From positions 1-64,000 of IMG/VR virus record IMGVR_UViG_3300037851_001030: 64,000 nucleotides of DNA. One strand, 5' to 3'. The DNA is from a virus. This document shows, in pieces, positions 8,222 through 15,826 of the stretch. Below the pieces are notes generated by a model. The model saw only the letters and a program-made list of their open reading frames with translations. It made no database searches and was not told the DNA's origin. Each line of letters begins with the position of its first letter. Within the stretch, counting starts at the first letter, position 1. A program made the translations under genes and the position numbers.

Positions 8222-8791
8222 CTAGTCGTCGCGTGCCGCGAGGAAGTGGTGGACGATCTCGGACGCTAGCATCTTGGCGACTGCCACCGGGTCATCGCCA
8301 CCCTTCGTCGCCATCACGTGCTCCGCGCCATCAGGGAACTCGAGCGTCGCGATGCCGTTCGCCCTGGTCTCGGCACCGTTGATCTTGATCGTACACTCAT
8401 GGCGACCCTGAGAGTGCTCGGGGACGCGCGCCGGGTCTGGAGTCAGGTAGAGCTGGATCAGGATCCCATACTCCCAACCACCGCGAGGCTGAGTTGCGAC
8501 CGAGTCCTTGACCAAGGACATGCCCTTGAGCTTGGCCTTCTTCAGCTCCGTCATGATGAGCTTGGTCAGGGCCTTGGGCATGAACCTCGGGTCTGGGATC
8601 AGCTCCTCGAAGCCGGCGGCGCGCACCACCGAAGATACACGGAAACCTCCGACGGTCAGGCGCTCCAGCGTGTCGGCGTCCGCCAGGAACTGGTCATCAT
8701 CCTGGTCCTCGTAGTCCTCGAGCCCAGACTCGGGCGCTACCTCGAGCGGGCTGCGCTCGAGGTCGAACGGGTTTAGCAGGTTGCTTGGCAT
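8222..8791 (-). CDS. Hypothetical protein with acidic N-terminus (189 aa)
   Basis: ATG 8791 preceded by GGAGA (MPSNLLNPFDLERSPLEV...). Inside track ORF 8222..8821. Confidence 0.7.
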   Translation of the reverse strand: MPSNLLNPFDLERSPLEVAPESGLEDYEDQDDDQFLADADTLERLTVGGFRVSSVVRAAGFEELIPDPRFMPKALTKLIMTELKKAKLKGMSLVKDSVATQPRGGWEYGILIQLYLTPDPARVPEHSQGRHECTIKINGAETRANGIATLEFPDGAEHVMATKGGDDPVAVAKMLASEIVHHFLAARDD

Positions 8792-8837
8792 AGGCGGTCT
8801 CCGACATGGGGTAACCGCCAAAGGCTACGCCGAGGAA

Positions 8838-9164
8838 CTACTCGAACCAGTTCTTCTTGATCGCCTCTGCGAAGGTAGCGATGCCGTCGCCCAGGTCCTT
8901 GGCCATGCGCTGAGCGTGTATCTCCCCGAGGTCGTGGGCTCGCCGCGCGAGGCCTTCGACGTATGCCTCCAGCCTCTTGTAGTACTCCCTGTGGCCCTTG
9001 AGCGGCATGATGAGTGCGAGCAGGTCTTTCTTCAAGCCCTCGACCATCTTGTTCCGAGCCTCCGGCGAGTAGGTGCTGAGGTTCTTGCGAAAGACCTCCA
9101 CCACATCGTTCTGGGTAGGGGTACTCGCCGCCGCTCGGGTACGTACCTGGTCACTGATCTTCAT
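8838..9164 (-). CDS. Hypothetical helical protein (108 aa)
   Basis: ATG 9164 preceded by GGAGGATATCC (MKISDQVRTRAAAST...). Inside track ORF 8838..9221. Confidence 0.7.
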   Translation of the reverse strand: MKISDQVRTRAAASTPTQNDVVEVFRKNLSTYSPEARNKMVEGLKKDLLALIMPLKGHREYYKRLEAYVEGLARRAHDLGEIHAQRMAKDLGDGIATFAEAIKKNWFE

Positions 9165-9183
9165 GGATATCCTCCGAGAAAGG

Positions 9184-9639
9184 CTACACCCAGGTCCAGA
9201 GCACGTCGAGGTCGACCTCATACGTGATCGACTGCGTGGCCTGGTCCACGTCGGCGCTCCAATAGGTGGTCTGGTCAGAGTAGTCGACCTTGGTCCCCCG
9301 CACGTTGCGTCCGAAGCGATCTGCCGCGGTCTGCGCCACGAGCTTCTGAACCGCGGGCGTCAGCACCTTCAGTATCTGTGCGGGTACGGGTCCGCTGCGC
9401 AGGAGCCCGATCGCCTGGCGGTCGTTGAGCTTGCCGAGCGCCTCGGACAGAACGCGCTCCTGCTTGCCGAGGAGCCGCGCGAGCATCGGGCCCTGGATCA
9501 CGAACGTGACGGTGGCCTGACCCACGGCCTCTGCCTCGTAGTCGTCGTCAGGAAACTGGTCGGACGCCCAGTCCACGTCCTTGACCACGATGTCGGATGC
9601 TGCCTGCCGTAGCGTATCTCTGAGGATGGAAAGGTCCAT
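9184..9639 (-). CDS. Hypothetical protein (151 aa)
   Basis: ATG 9639 preceded by GGAGG plus a 7-nt spacer. The track start at 9645 is a TTG two codons upstream. Confidence 0.7.
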   Translation of the reverse strand: MDLSILRDTLRQAASDIVVKDVDWASDQFPDDDYEAEAVGQATVTFVIQGPMLARLLGKQERVLSEALGKLNDRQAIGLLRSGPVPAQILKVLTPAVQKLVAQTAADRFGRNVRGTKVDYSDQTTYWSADVDQATQSITYEVDLDVLWTWV

Positions 9640-9746
9640 GGCCAAACCTCCGTAGCGTTCAGCCCCTGAGGTCGTATAGGTCGCCGATAGCTACGACGTT
9701 CCCATCGGGAAGCTTCACGTCGCGCTGCTTATCTTCATGGCCAAAC

Positions 9747-9863
9747 CTAATCCCGCTTGGACTCCTCGAGCTGAGCCAGGACCTGGTGGAGCGTCTGGAA
9801 ACGAATGATCGACCACAGGTCAGCAATCGGAGCAATGGTGATCTTTGGGAGTTGCGCGGTCAA
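9747..9863 (-). CDS. Possible small protein (38 aa), TTG start overlapping the upstream stop (TTGA)
   Basis: Coding-like frame ...TAQLPKITIAPIADLWSIIRFQTLHQVLAQLEESKRD. GGAG lies 7 nt upstream of the TTG. The rest of track ORF 9747..9953 overlaps the neighbouring gene. Confidence 0.3.
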   Translation of the reverse strand: MTAQLPKITIAPIADLWSIIRFQTLHQVLAQLEESKRD

Positions 9864-10159
9864 AACACTGGCTCCGGGTCTGGGGTCGATTGGTCCTCTG
9901 GCGGAAACGGTGTGTAGCCGATCAGGCGCGTGCAGCGTTTGCACTTGTACCATCCGTCACCCTGGCAGTCGCCTGTGGGGTCCCCTATAGGCGTGAAGCA
10001 CTCATGCGAATCATCGTCGAGCGCCATGGCCTGGTTCATGAGCCACGTCCGCACCGATGGAGGCATCTTCGGTGGTGCAGGGATATTCATTGCATCGAGG
10101 CGAGATCTCCACTGATCGAGCGCCTCCAACCACATTTTGACTTCTTCGAAGTGAGTCAT
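9860..10159 (-). CDS. Hypothetical protein with C-terminal CxxC (99 aa)
   Basis: ATG 10159 forms an ATGA overlap with the upstream stop (MTHFEEVKMWLEALDQW...). Confidence 0.65.
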   Translation of the reverse strand: MTHFEEVKMWLEALDQWRSRLDAMNIPAPPKMPPSVRTWLMNQAMALDDDSHECFTPIGDPTGDCQGDGWYKCKRCTRLIGYTPFPPEDQSTPDPEPVF

Positions 10160-10416
10160 GTCTTGTCCCTCATCCAGCACGGAGGACAAGTGTATTCCGT
10201 GTCGGGTTCTGGCCAGTCAATCAGATCCGCGAAGTTCCTATTTACGCAGTCAGCGATATTAGCATCGATACCCTCGAACTTCGACGAGTCGTACCACACA
10301 TGCTCGATGGCTCGCTTAACCGCAGTACCATCGGCAGCACAGTTGTGGACGACCTGTTCGATGGGCATCCGCCTACCGCATTTCGGACACTGCCAGTAGA
10401 ACTGAATCGAACTCAT
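10156..10416 (-). CDS. Zinc-ribbon protein (CPKC...CPPC), 86 aa
   Basis: ATG 10416 preceded by GAGGATGAGG. Paired CxxC motifs sit at both ends. Confidence 0.7.
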   Translation of the reverse strand: MSSIQFYWQCPKCGRRMPIEQVVHNCAADGTAVKRAIEHVWYDSSKFEGIDANIADCVNRNFADLIDWPEPDTEYTCPPCWMRDKT

Positions 10417-10545
10417 GCCTCATCCTCGCTCGTGCAGTATCTGAAGTCCCTCCGCTCGACGTGTCACGTTCCAGGCTGATCCTGACCTCCATTCCGTAGC
10501 TGGAATGTGGCAGCGGACCACGATGTAACCGAGCCTCCGGCAAGG

Positions 10546-10992
10546 CTAAGGTGCCTTGCGGACCGACAGCTCCCACGGGTAGAAGGTCTCCATCTGACCA
10601 TCCGTGCTCACGCTGTAGACTGCGTAGGGCTTGACACGGCCTGCACCCGTCACGGTTCCGTGCCGGCCGCGGTGCTCCCCCCGCGTGATGATAACCTCGG
10701 TTCCGATCGGTATCAGCTCAAGCTGATACAGCCCGCTCTTGATCGCGACGACACCGTTCACGACTTCAGCGGGGCCGAGGGCCATGGACACGTCGTAGTT
10801 GTCAACCGGCCTGCCGTCGTGCTCGTAGAGCCGAAAGCGCTCGCCGGCCTTCACCTGGTTGAAGGGCACCGCGTGAAGCTCGCAGCCGTAGGCGTCGACC
10901 AGCATGACAGTTCGGGTCTTTACCGGTAGCTTGGGAGTCTGGGCATCGGAGGCGTGTGCGCCCTCACTGACCATAATCTCGAACTTGGCCAT
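10546..10992 (-). CDS. Hypothetical protein (148 aa)
   Basis: Full track ORF with plausible composition. Contains a KOW-like stretch GTEVIITRGEHRGRHGTVTG. Confidence 0.7.
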   Translation of the reverse strand: MAKFEIMVSEGAHASDAQTPKLPVKTRTVMLVDAYGCELHAVPFNQVKAGERFRLYEHDGRPVDNYDVSMALGPAEVVNGVVAIKSGLYQLELIPIGTEVIITRGEHRGRHGTVTGAGRVKPYAVYSVSTDGQMETFYPWELSVRKAP

Positions 10993-10995
10993 AGG

Positions 10996-11514
10996 TCACC
11001 CCCTTGGCGGCCGCGAGCGCCACGAGCGCAAGGCGCGGTCCAGTACGGTCAGGTAGTTCTCGAACGACAGGTAGATGCCGGGCACGATCGACTTCGCGTA
11101 GCCTCGCGTCTGCATCACGACGTCGTTCGTTCGCCTGAAGTCGGGGTCGCAGCCCACCACGATCTCGGGCGAACCCGTGAGAAGGTATCGCTGAAGATAC
11201 GTTCCGTACTCGAAGAAAACGATCGGGTTGTCGCTACCGCGCGCGAACCAGAACCCGATGATGTCGGCCTGCTGCATGGCCATCTGCTCCCAGCAGATTT
11301 GCCTGGTCGTGGCGCTAGGGTCCTTGACGTCGAACGTCGCGGCCCGAGGATTGAAGAACGTGCCATCGACCCCAGGCCGCAGGCGGTCCATGGGGGCGAG
11401 CGCGGCGATCAGATCCGACTGCCAGTCAGGGCAGTTCGAGATGCCGCCCGCCAGAAAGCACCACGGCCTCGGCAGGTGCGCGGCGTATAGCCCGGGTGCG
11501 GTCACAACGTTCAT
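10996..11514 (-). CDS. Nucleoside 2-deoxyribosyltransferase-like protein (172 aa)
   Basis: ATG 11514 preceded by GGAGGA. The pattern WCFLAGGISNCPDWQ...FFNPR...ICWEQMAMQQADIIGFWF...PIVFFEYG resembles the Nuc_deoxyri_tr2-type fold. Confidence 0.6.
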   Translation of the reverse strand: MNVVTAPGLYAAHLPRPWCFLAGGISNCPDWQSDLIAALAPMDRLRPGVDGTFFNPRAATFDVKDPSATTRQICWEQMAMQQADIIGFWFARGSDNPIVFFEYGTYLQRYLLTGSPEIVVGCDPDFRRTNDVVMQTRGYAKSIVPGIYLSFENYLTVLDRALRSWRSRPPRG

Positions 11515-11705
11515 GGATTCCTCCGTAGTCCTCGGTGAACGATCCGCTTGCCGCCGAGGAGCTGGCACGCGAGCGCGTAGTTGCCTGCGCGCTCGGCCTC
11601 GAGCGCCTTGGGGTTGAGCACGTAGCACTCGTGGTCGATCGGCTTGCCGTCCGACAGCCGGTGCCCGTGGTTGCAGAACGAGGTGCAAAAGATACGCTCA
11701 GCCAT
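11511..11705 (-). CDS. Hypothetical small Cys/His-rich protein (64 aa)
   Basis: Full track ORF. Its stop overlaps the next start (ATGA). GAGGAGGAGGG lies upstream. Confidence 0.55.
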   Translation of the reverse strand: MAERIFCTSFCNHGHRLSDGKPIDHECYVLNPKALEAERAGNYALACQLLGGKRIVHRGLRRNP

Positions 11706-11792
11706 CGGCTAGCCCTCCTCCTCGACGTAGGTAATGACCACCTCGTGCATGCGGTGATCGAGCGGTTGGGCCGCGCGCCAATCCTTGGGGTC

Positions 11793-12020
11793 CTAGAAAC
11801 CCTTGACCCGGAATTGCACGTTCGCGGTTGCCGGCTCCTCGTATCGAATCAGGTATCGCACGAACCGCGAGCAGCGAGTGGCCTTCCCCGTATTCGTCCC
11901 CTGATGACCGCAGCTTGCGCACCGGTAGCGGTAGACGCGCTGCCCACCAACGTCGGCGTACACCCGCATGCCCGCGAGCTGCTCGTATTGGAGCTGGCCT
12001 AGACAGCGTTGCGTCGGCAT
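11793..12020 (-). CDS. Hypothetical small protein (75 aa) ending at a TAG followed by 27 further in-frame sense codons
   Basis: ATG 12020 preceded by GGGAGGG (MPTQRCLGQLQYEQLAGMRVY...). TAATG overlap with the upstream gene. Confidence 0.55.
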   Translation of the reverse strand: MPTQRCLGQLQYEQLAGMRVYADVGGQRVYRYRCASCGHQGTNTGKATRCSRFVRYLIRYEEPATANVQFRVKGF

Positions 12021-12313
12021 TAGCCCTCCCGCAGCATGTGCTGAGAGTCCAGGTACCCGAGCAGCATCGTCTGGCGGTCGGCGGTCAGGGCCTTCCAGGC
12101 TGCGTGCAGGCGCTCGGCATCCGCCGAGTCCGGAGTCGCGACCTCGAAGGCCTCGCACACGTCGCTGTACCAGGTGTCAGCGATCTTGACGTCCTGTGGC
12201 AGGCTCTCGACCAGCGCTTTCGCAAGCATCAGGTCCAGACTTGGGATCGCGTCGCGCACCACCCGGATGCAGTTGATCTTGGATAGCTTCATGGACTTCA
12301 ACCGCACGATCAT
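12020..12313 (-). CDS. Ribosomal protein L7/L12 C-terminal-domain-like protein (97 aa)
   Basis: MIVRLKSMKLSKINCIRVVRDAIPSLDLMLAKALVESLPQDV parallels the L12 CTD pattern ([27 protein letters not shown]). ATG preceded by GAGGAGG. Confidence 0.5.
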   Translation of the reverse strand: MIVRLKSMKLSKINCIRVVRDAIPSLDLMLAKALVESLPQDVKIADTWYSDVCEAFEVATPDSADAERLHAAWKALTADRQTMLLGYLDSQHMLREG

Positions 12314-12587
12314 CTGGCTACCTCCTCGCGCTCTTGCGCACAGCCGGGATCAGTGGCTTGTCGGCCGGCCCCTTGACGCACTCCCGTTGACGGTAGGTCA
12401 AGACCGCCAGCCACTCCCCGCTGCCCTTCTGACGTAGGCCACGCGATTCTAGCAGCCGATAGGTCTCGAAGTCAACTTTATCTGTGCAGATAACGTAGCG
12501 GCGACGTCGGAGTCGAACAGCGAGGCACGACCCTTGAGCCCCGTCTCATCGTCCCTCCTGCCACCACAGATGTCTTACCACGGTCTC

Positions 12588-12857
12588 CTACTTCAAGGCC
12601 TCGACCAACTCGGCCGGGAGCTGACGATGGTACTTGGCCGCCCAGCGGGACACCGTCGCGACCTCGCGGTCCGTGAGCGGAAGCGACGAAGCCGCGAGCT
12701 GGTGGCCGTAGGGCGCGTCGAGCTTGTTGAAGCCCGCGCCGTCCAGCATCTGGGCTCCGTCGCACATACCGGCGAGCGTCTGCACCACGGTCTTCGCGAT
12801 CGCGCGCTGGGCGTCGGTCCAGGCGCGCTCGGGCCGCGCGGAGGTCAGGTTTGCCAT
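12588..12857 (-). CDS. Hypothetical protein (89 aa)
   Basis: Full track ORF with plausible composition. First gene downstream of the candidate promoter at 12885..12912. Confidence 0.65.
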   Translation of the reverse strand: MANLTSARPERAWTDAQRAIAKTVVQTLAGMCDGAQMLDGAGFNKLDAPYGHQLAASSLPLTDREVATVSRWAAKYHRQLPAELVEALK

Positions 12858-12884
12858 GCTCGGCTACGTTGTCGACCTACCACC

Positions 12885-12912
12885 ATCTTAGCATATGCTC
12901 AGATTGAGTCAA
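12885..12912 (-). promoter_or_regulatory. Candidate sigma70-type promoter with a palindrome in the spacer
   Basis: Minus strand reads TTGACT (12912..12907), a 16-nt spacer, then TAAGAT (12890..12885). The 10-bp palindrome AGCATATGCT (12890..12899) overlaps the spacer. This is the most A/T-rich intergenic patch of the left third. Confidence 0.4.
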
Positions 12913-12939
12913 TATCTTTTTTGATAGGAAACCAGAGCT

Positions 12940-13004
12940 TTTGGCGATCACTCTAAGCGTAGGGATTACGGGTAGTTGGAAGTGAAAAGCGGGGTTTGGC
13001 GATC
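12940..13004. repeat. Direct repeat TTTGGCGATC (12940..12949 and 12995..13004) upstream of the candidate promoter
   Basis: Read directly. Each copy is followed by a similar tail (ACTCTAAGCG / GCCCTACGTCG). Confidence 0.5.
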
Positions 13005-13007
13005 GCC

Positions 13008-14222
13008 CTACGTCGTCTTGACGTTCAGGCTCAAGGTGGCGTTGCAGGCCCCGATGAAGGCCCGCAGAGCCTCAGCGACGGCCGCCATGATCGGCTTGTA
13101 GCTCAGGAAGTCGAGCGGCCCCGCGGGCGGTGGCAGACTCGCGGCCTGGAAGTGGGCCGAGAGCGCCGTGAGAAACGGCACCATGACGGTTCCCAGGAAC
13201 GCCGTGCCCTTGATCACGGGCTCTCGAACGGGACCCGGACCTAACTCTGTGGATACGTTCCCGGCAAACGTGGCGGTCGTCGCTGCCTCGATCGTGGCCG
13301 CGGTCCCAGCCTGCATACCGAGGAGCTGGGCGAGCGTCACCTGGAGTTGCTTGAGCGCGACCGTGGTATCGGCCGCCTGCTCGGACACGTCGATCTGAGA
13401 CCCGATGCCGCGAAGCCGGAAGCTGCCGGCTACATCGACCTCGTGTTGGAGCACGACGGTCCCGGACCCATCGTAGAGTTCGCGTACAGCCCGCACGTTC
13501 TTTCCTGTCCACGCCTGCGTCGGCTGCCCGGCGTCATCAAAGATGTCGCCCTCCTGGTAGAGCGCGAGGCGCCCGCTCGGACGGCCGTATACGCGCAGGT
13601 ACTCTTTCGCGAAGCCGGCGTCCTCGCCCGTTGCGCCGGGCGGTCGCAGCCAGCGGTTGCGCTTGTCGTTCGTCAGGTTCCGAACAACGACCCCGAAGCG
13701 TTCTTCGTCCCCGATCGTATCCTCGTCGTGCTGGTGCAATTCCCTGACGTGGGTTGGCGCCCGCCAGCGGGCACGCATGCGCTTCGGGTCAAGTTCTCCG
13801 CGCACGACCCCGCCGCGGAGGCTGAGGACGCCGTCGGCGGCGCCCGCGACCACGGCGAGCCCCGGCGTCATGAGTTCAAACTCGCCCGCCTCGAGCGGCC
13901 GATAGAGCCCAGTCCCGGCTCGGTAGCGCTTGATCAGCTCAGCCGCCGACCTCGAGTAGTAGCCGAGCGGGGCCCGGCGCATCGAAGAGCCGGCGGTCCC
14001 CATCACCATGAGGCGCGCGCCGCGCTCGGGCTGCGCTCGGATCCAGGCGTTGGTCGAGAGCATGGGATGCGGTACCTGGACGGTGTCCGGACCCGCGATC
14101 GAGTCGACTACGCACTGATCGTTCTCGGTGTTGACAGACGTGACCTGGGTTTCGTAGGGACGGTCGCCGAAACCCTGGCCGCTCGGTGGTGGTTGCCTGC
14201 TGGGGGAAACGCTGGCGGTCAC
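13008..14222 (-). CDS. Structural protein, possibly baseplate hub or central-spike (gpV-like), 404 aa
   Basis: Full track ORF (GTG start). The segment VVDSIAGPDTVQVPHPMLSTNAWIRAQPERGARLMVMG is weakly reminiscent of the gpV OB-fold region. The functional call is tentative. Confidence 0.55.
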   Translation of the reverse strand: MTASVSPSRQPPPSGQGFGDRPYETQVTSVNTENDQCVVDSIAGPDTVQVPHPMLSTNAWIRAQPERGARLMVMGTAGSSMRRAPLGYYSRSAAELIKRYRAGTGLYRPLEAGEFELMTPGLAVVAGAADGVLSLRGGVVRGELDPKRMRARWRAPTHVRELHQHDEDTIGDEERFGVVVRNLTNDKRNRWLRPPGATGEDAGFAKEYLRVYGRPSGRLALYQEGDIFDDAGQPTQAWTGKNVRAVRELYDGSGTVVLQHEVDVAGSFRLRGIGSQIDVSEQAADTTVALKQLQVTLAQLLGMQAGTAATIEAATTATFAGNVSTELGPGPVREPVIKGTAFLGTVMVPFLTALSAHFQAASLPPPAGPLDFLSYKPIMAAVAEALRAFIGACNATLSLNVKTT

Positions 14223-14361
14223 GAGTAACTCTAAACCTTAGATACCAGCCACCCTGAATAGGCCGGCGGCGGGAATCTCGGGGCGCCTGGGCTGAGGTCC
14301 TTGATCAGGGGACTAGCTCGCGACCGGAAGTGCACCGCGCGACGACAGAGAACGCAAACCA

Positions 14362-14952
14362 TCACGCGTACGGCTTGAGCGCGTCGAGCGCGATCGCGGT
14401 CGGTTCGTTGATGATCGCGCCGCCCTCGACCGTGAACTGGAACGCCTCAAGCGCGGAAGCCACCACCTTGACCTCAGGTGCGCTACATGCGTACGCCAGG
14501 ATGTGGGACGCAACCTGATCGATCGGCGTCACGATCTCACCGTAGCGCCAGTATTCGAGTTCCAGGCGCGTGCCATAGGCAACCGCCTCGTAGACCGCAC
14601 GATTGGCCTTGGACGCGAGATACAGGACTGGGAACGATGGGTCGTTCAGGTACTGGAGCACGTGCACGTGCTCGTGAACCAGCACCACGATCTGAGCCCA
14701 GCGATCGTAGTACTCAGTCTCGACCCCGAGCGAGAACGGCGCATAGACGTCCTGGATCAGCGTGGTCGTGAACCGCTTCAAGAACGCTTCGTGGTCGAGC
14801 ACGCCCATGACCTGGAGCGTGTTGCCCACGGTCACCATGAGTGGGTGCTGGTCCTTGCGAATGAGCCGAGTGTTGTATCGCGCCCGCAACGCTTGCCAGA
14901 CGTCGGTTACGGCCTCGGCAGGTACTGGGTCTAGCTTCACTGGGGTAGGCAT
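14362..14952 (-). CDS. HExxH zinc-metallopeptidase-like protein (196 aa)
   Basis: Internal ATG 14952 (MPTPVKLDPVPAEAV...). Motif VVLVHEHVHVLQY. Confidence 0.6.
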   Translation of the reverse strand: MPTPVKLDPVPAEAVTDVWQALRARYNTRLIRKDQHPLMVTVGNTLQVMGVLDHEAFLKRFTTTLIQDVYAPFSLGVETEYYDRWAQIVVLVHEHVHVLQYLNDPSFPVLYLASKANRAVYEAVAYGTRLELEYWRYGEIVTPIDQVASHILAYACSAPEVKVVASALEAFQFTVEGGAIINEPTAIALDALKPYA

Positions 14953-15152
14953 GCGGCCCCCGCATCGGTCGTCTGGCAGCTCATGAGCTTCTCCGTGCGC
15001 GGCAAGCGCGCACAATCCATGAGCGGCTTCCACGTGCGGTCGGTCGAGCAGATCTCAACCACGCTCGCCGCGCAACGTCGGGTGGCCACCGTGGTGCAGG
15101 GTGGGCCGCAACCGACGAGCGCGAGGCCTAGCGCCACGTACAGGACGCGCAT
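14937..15152 (-). CDS. Small Cys-rich lipoprotein (71 aa)
   Basis: The last 71 codons of track ORF 14937..15668 read MRVLYVALGLALVGCGPPC..., a signal peptide with lipobox LVGC. The ATG sits 1 nt after the upstream stop. Confidence 0.5.
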   Translation of the reverse strand: MRVLYVALGLALVGCGPPCTTVATRRCAASVVEICSTDRTWKPLMDCARLPRTEKLMSCQTTDAGAACLPQ

Positions 15153-15153
15153 G

Positions 15154-15516
15154 TCACGCCAATCTGTGCTGGCCCTTGTGACCCGCGGGCAGCACGCACT
15201 GGGACCCGTTCTTGGCCCTGGCGGCGCAACGCCCCGCGACCGCATTCGGCGCGGCCGCGGTCTTGTCCGGCGCGATCGGACGCCGGAAGGCGACGGCAGC
15301 CGCCGGATAGAACGCGCGGCCATTCGGAGCGTCGAATACCAGCATCCCGGTGTAGGGATCGTGGCCGACGAGCGTGGCCTCGAACTCCGGCTCGTGCGCC
15401 GCGACGACATGAACCAGCACTTGCTGACCGTATGCGTCGCGACAGTACGGATACGAGATCGTGGCAGCGTTCGCCTTGGTCGCAGCCTTCGGCGCGACCT
15501 TCTTACCCTTCGGCAT
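15154..15516 (-). CDS. Hypothetical basic protein (120 aa)
   Basis: Full track ORF. Lys-rich N-terminus. C-terminal C...C...H...H pattern. Confidence 0.65.
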   Translation of the reverse strand: MPKGKKVAPKAATKANAATISYPYCRDAYGQQVLVHVVAAHEPEFEATLVGHDPYTGMLVFDAPNGRAFYPAAAVAFRRPIAPDKTAAAPNAVAGRCAARAKNGSQCVLPAGHKGQHRLA

Positions 15517-15826
15517 CGGAGTCTCCCATCGCTTGCGCGGTTAGCAGCCGAACAGCCTCTGGCTGTTTTCGACGTAAGTCGCCAGCTATCTGTCCCCAGT
15601 CCATGCTGCACTCGGCTGAGCACGTGAGCTTGGTGGAGCGGTTGGTCCAGAACGTTCCGCAGCAGCACGCGGGGTCTGCATGACCGAGGCGCTTCCTATA
15701 CAAGTGCATAATGCACGTTCTCTGGAAGCGGTAGACCTGCTCGGGCGCAACCGCGGCCAGCCGATGGCGCGCATAGCGCGCGATCGTGTCCTTGCGCGCG
15801 GTACCTACATAGTCCCAGCTCGTCAT
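15503..15826 (-). CDS. Hypothetical Cys-rich protein (107 aa)
   Basis: Full track ORF. ATGA overlap with the upstream 714-codon ORF. Confidence 0.6.
   Translation of the reverse strand: MTSWDYVGTARKDTIARYARHRLAAVAPEQVYRFQRTCIMHLYRKRLGHADPACCCGTFWTNRSTKLTCSAECSMDWGQIAGDLRRKQPEAVRLLTAQAMGDSDAEG

Noticed and set aside
11793-11795. Genome-wide TAG reassignment as the explanation for the in-frame TAG.
   Set aside because: TAG terminates many well-supported genes here (for example at 3441, 4963, 8222, 8838, 9184, 33465 and 58819). The only tRNA in the window is Ala, not a suppressor.
13347-14228. 293-aa plus-strand ORF.
   Set aside because: It is antisense to the 404-aa hub-like gene and has Arg/Pro/Ala-rich shadow composition.
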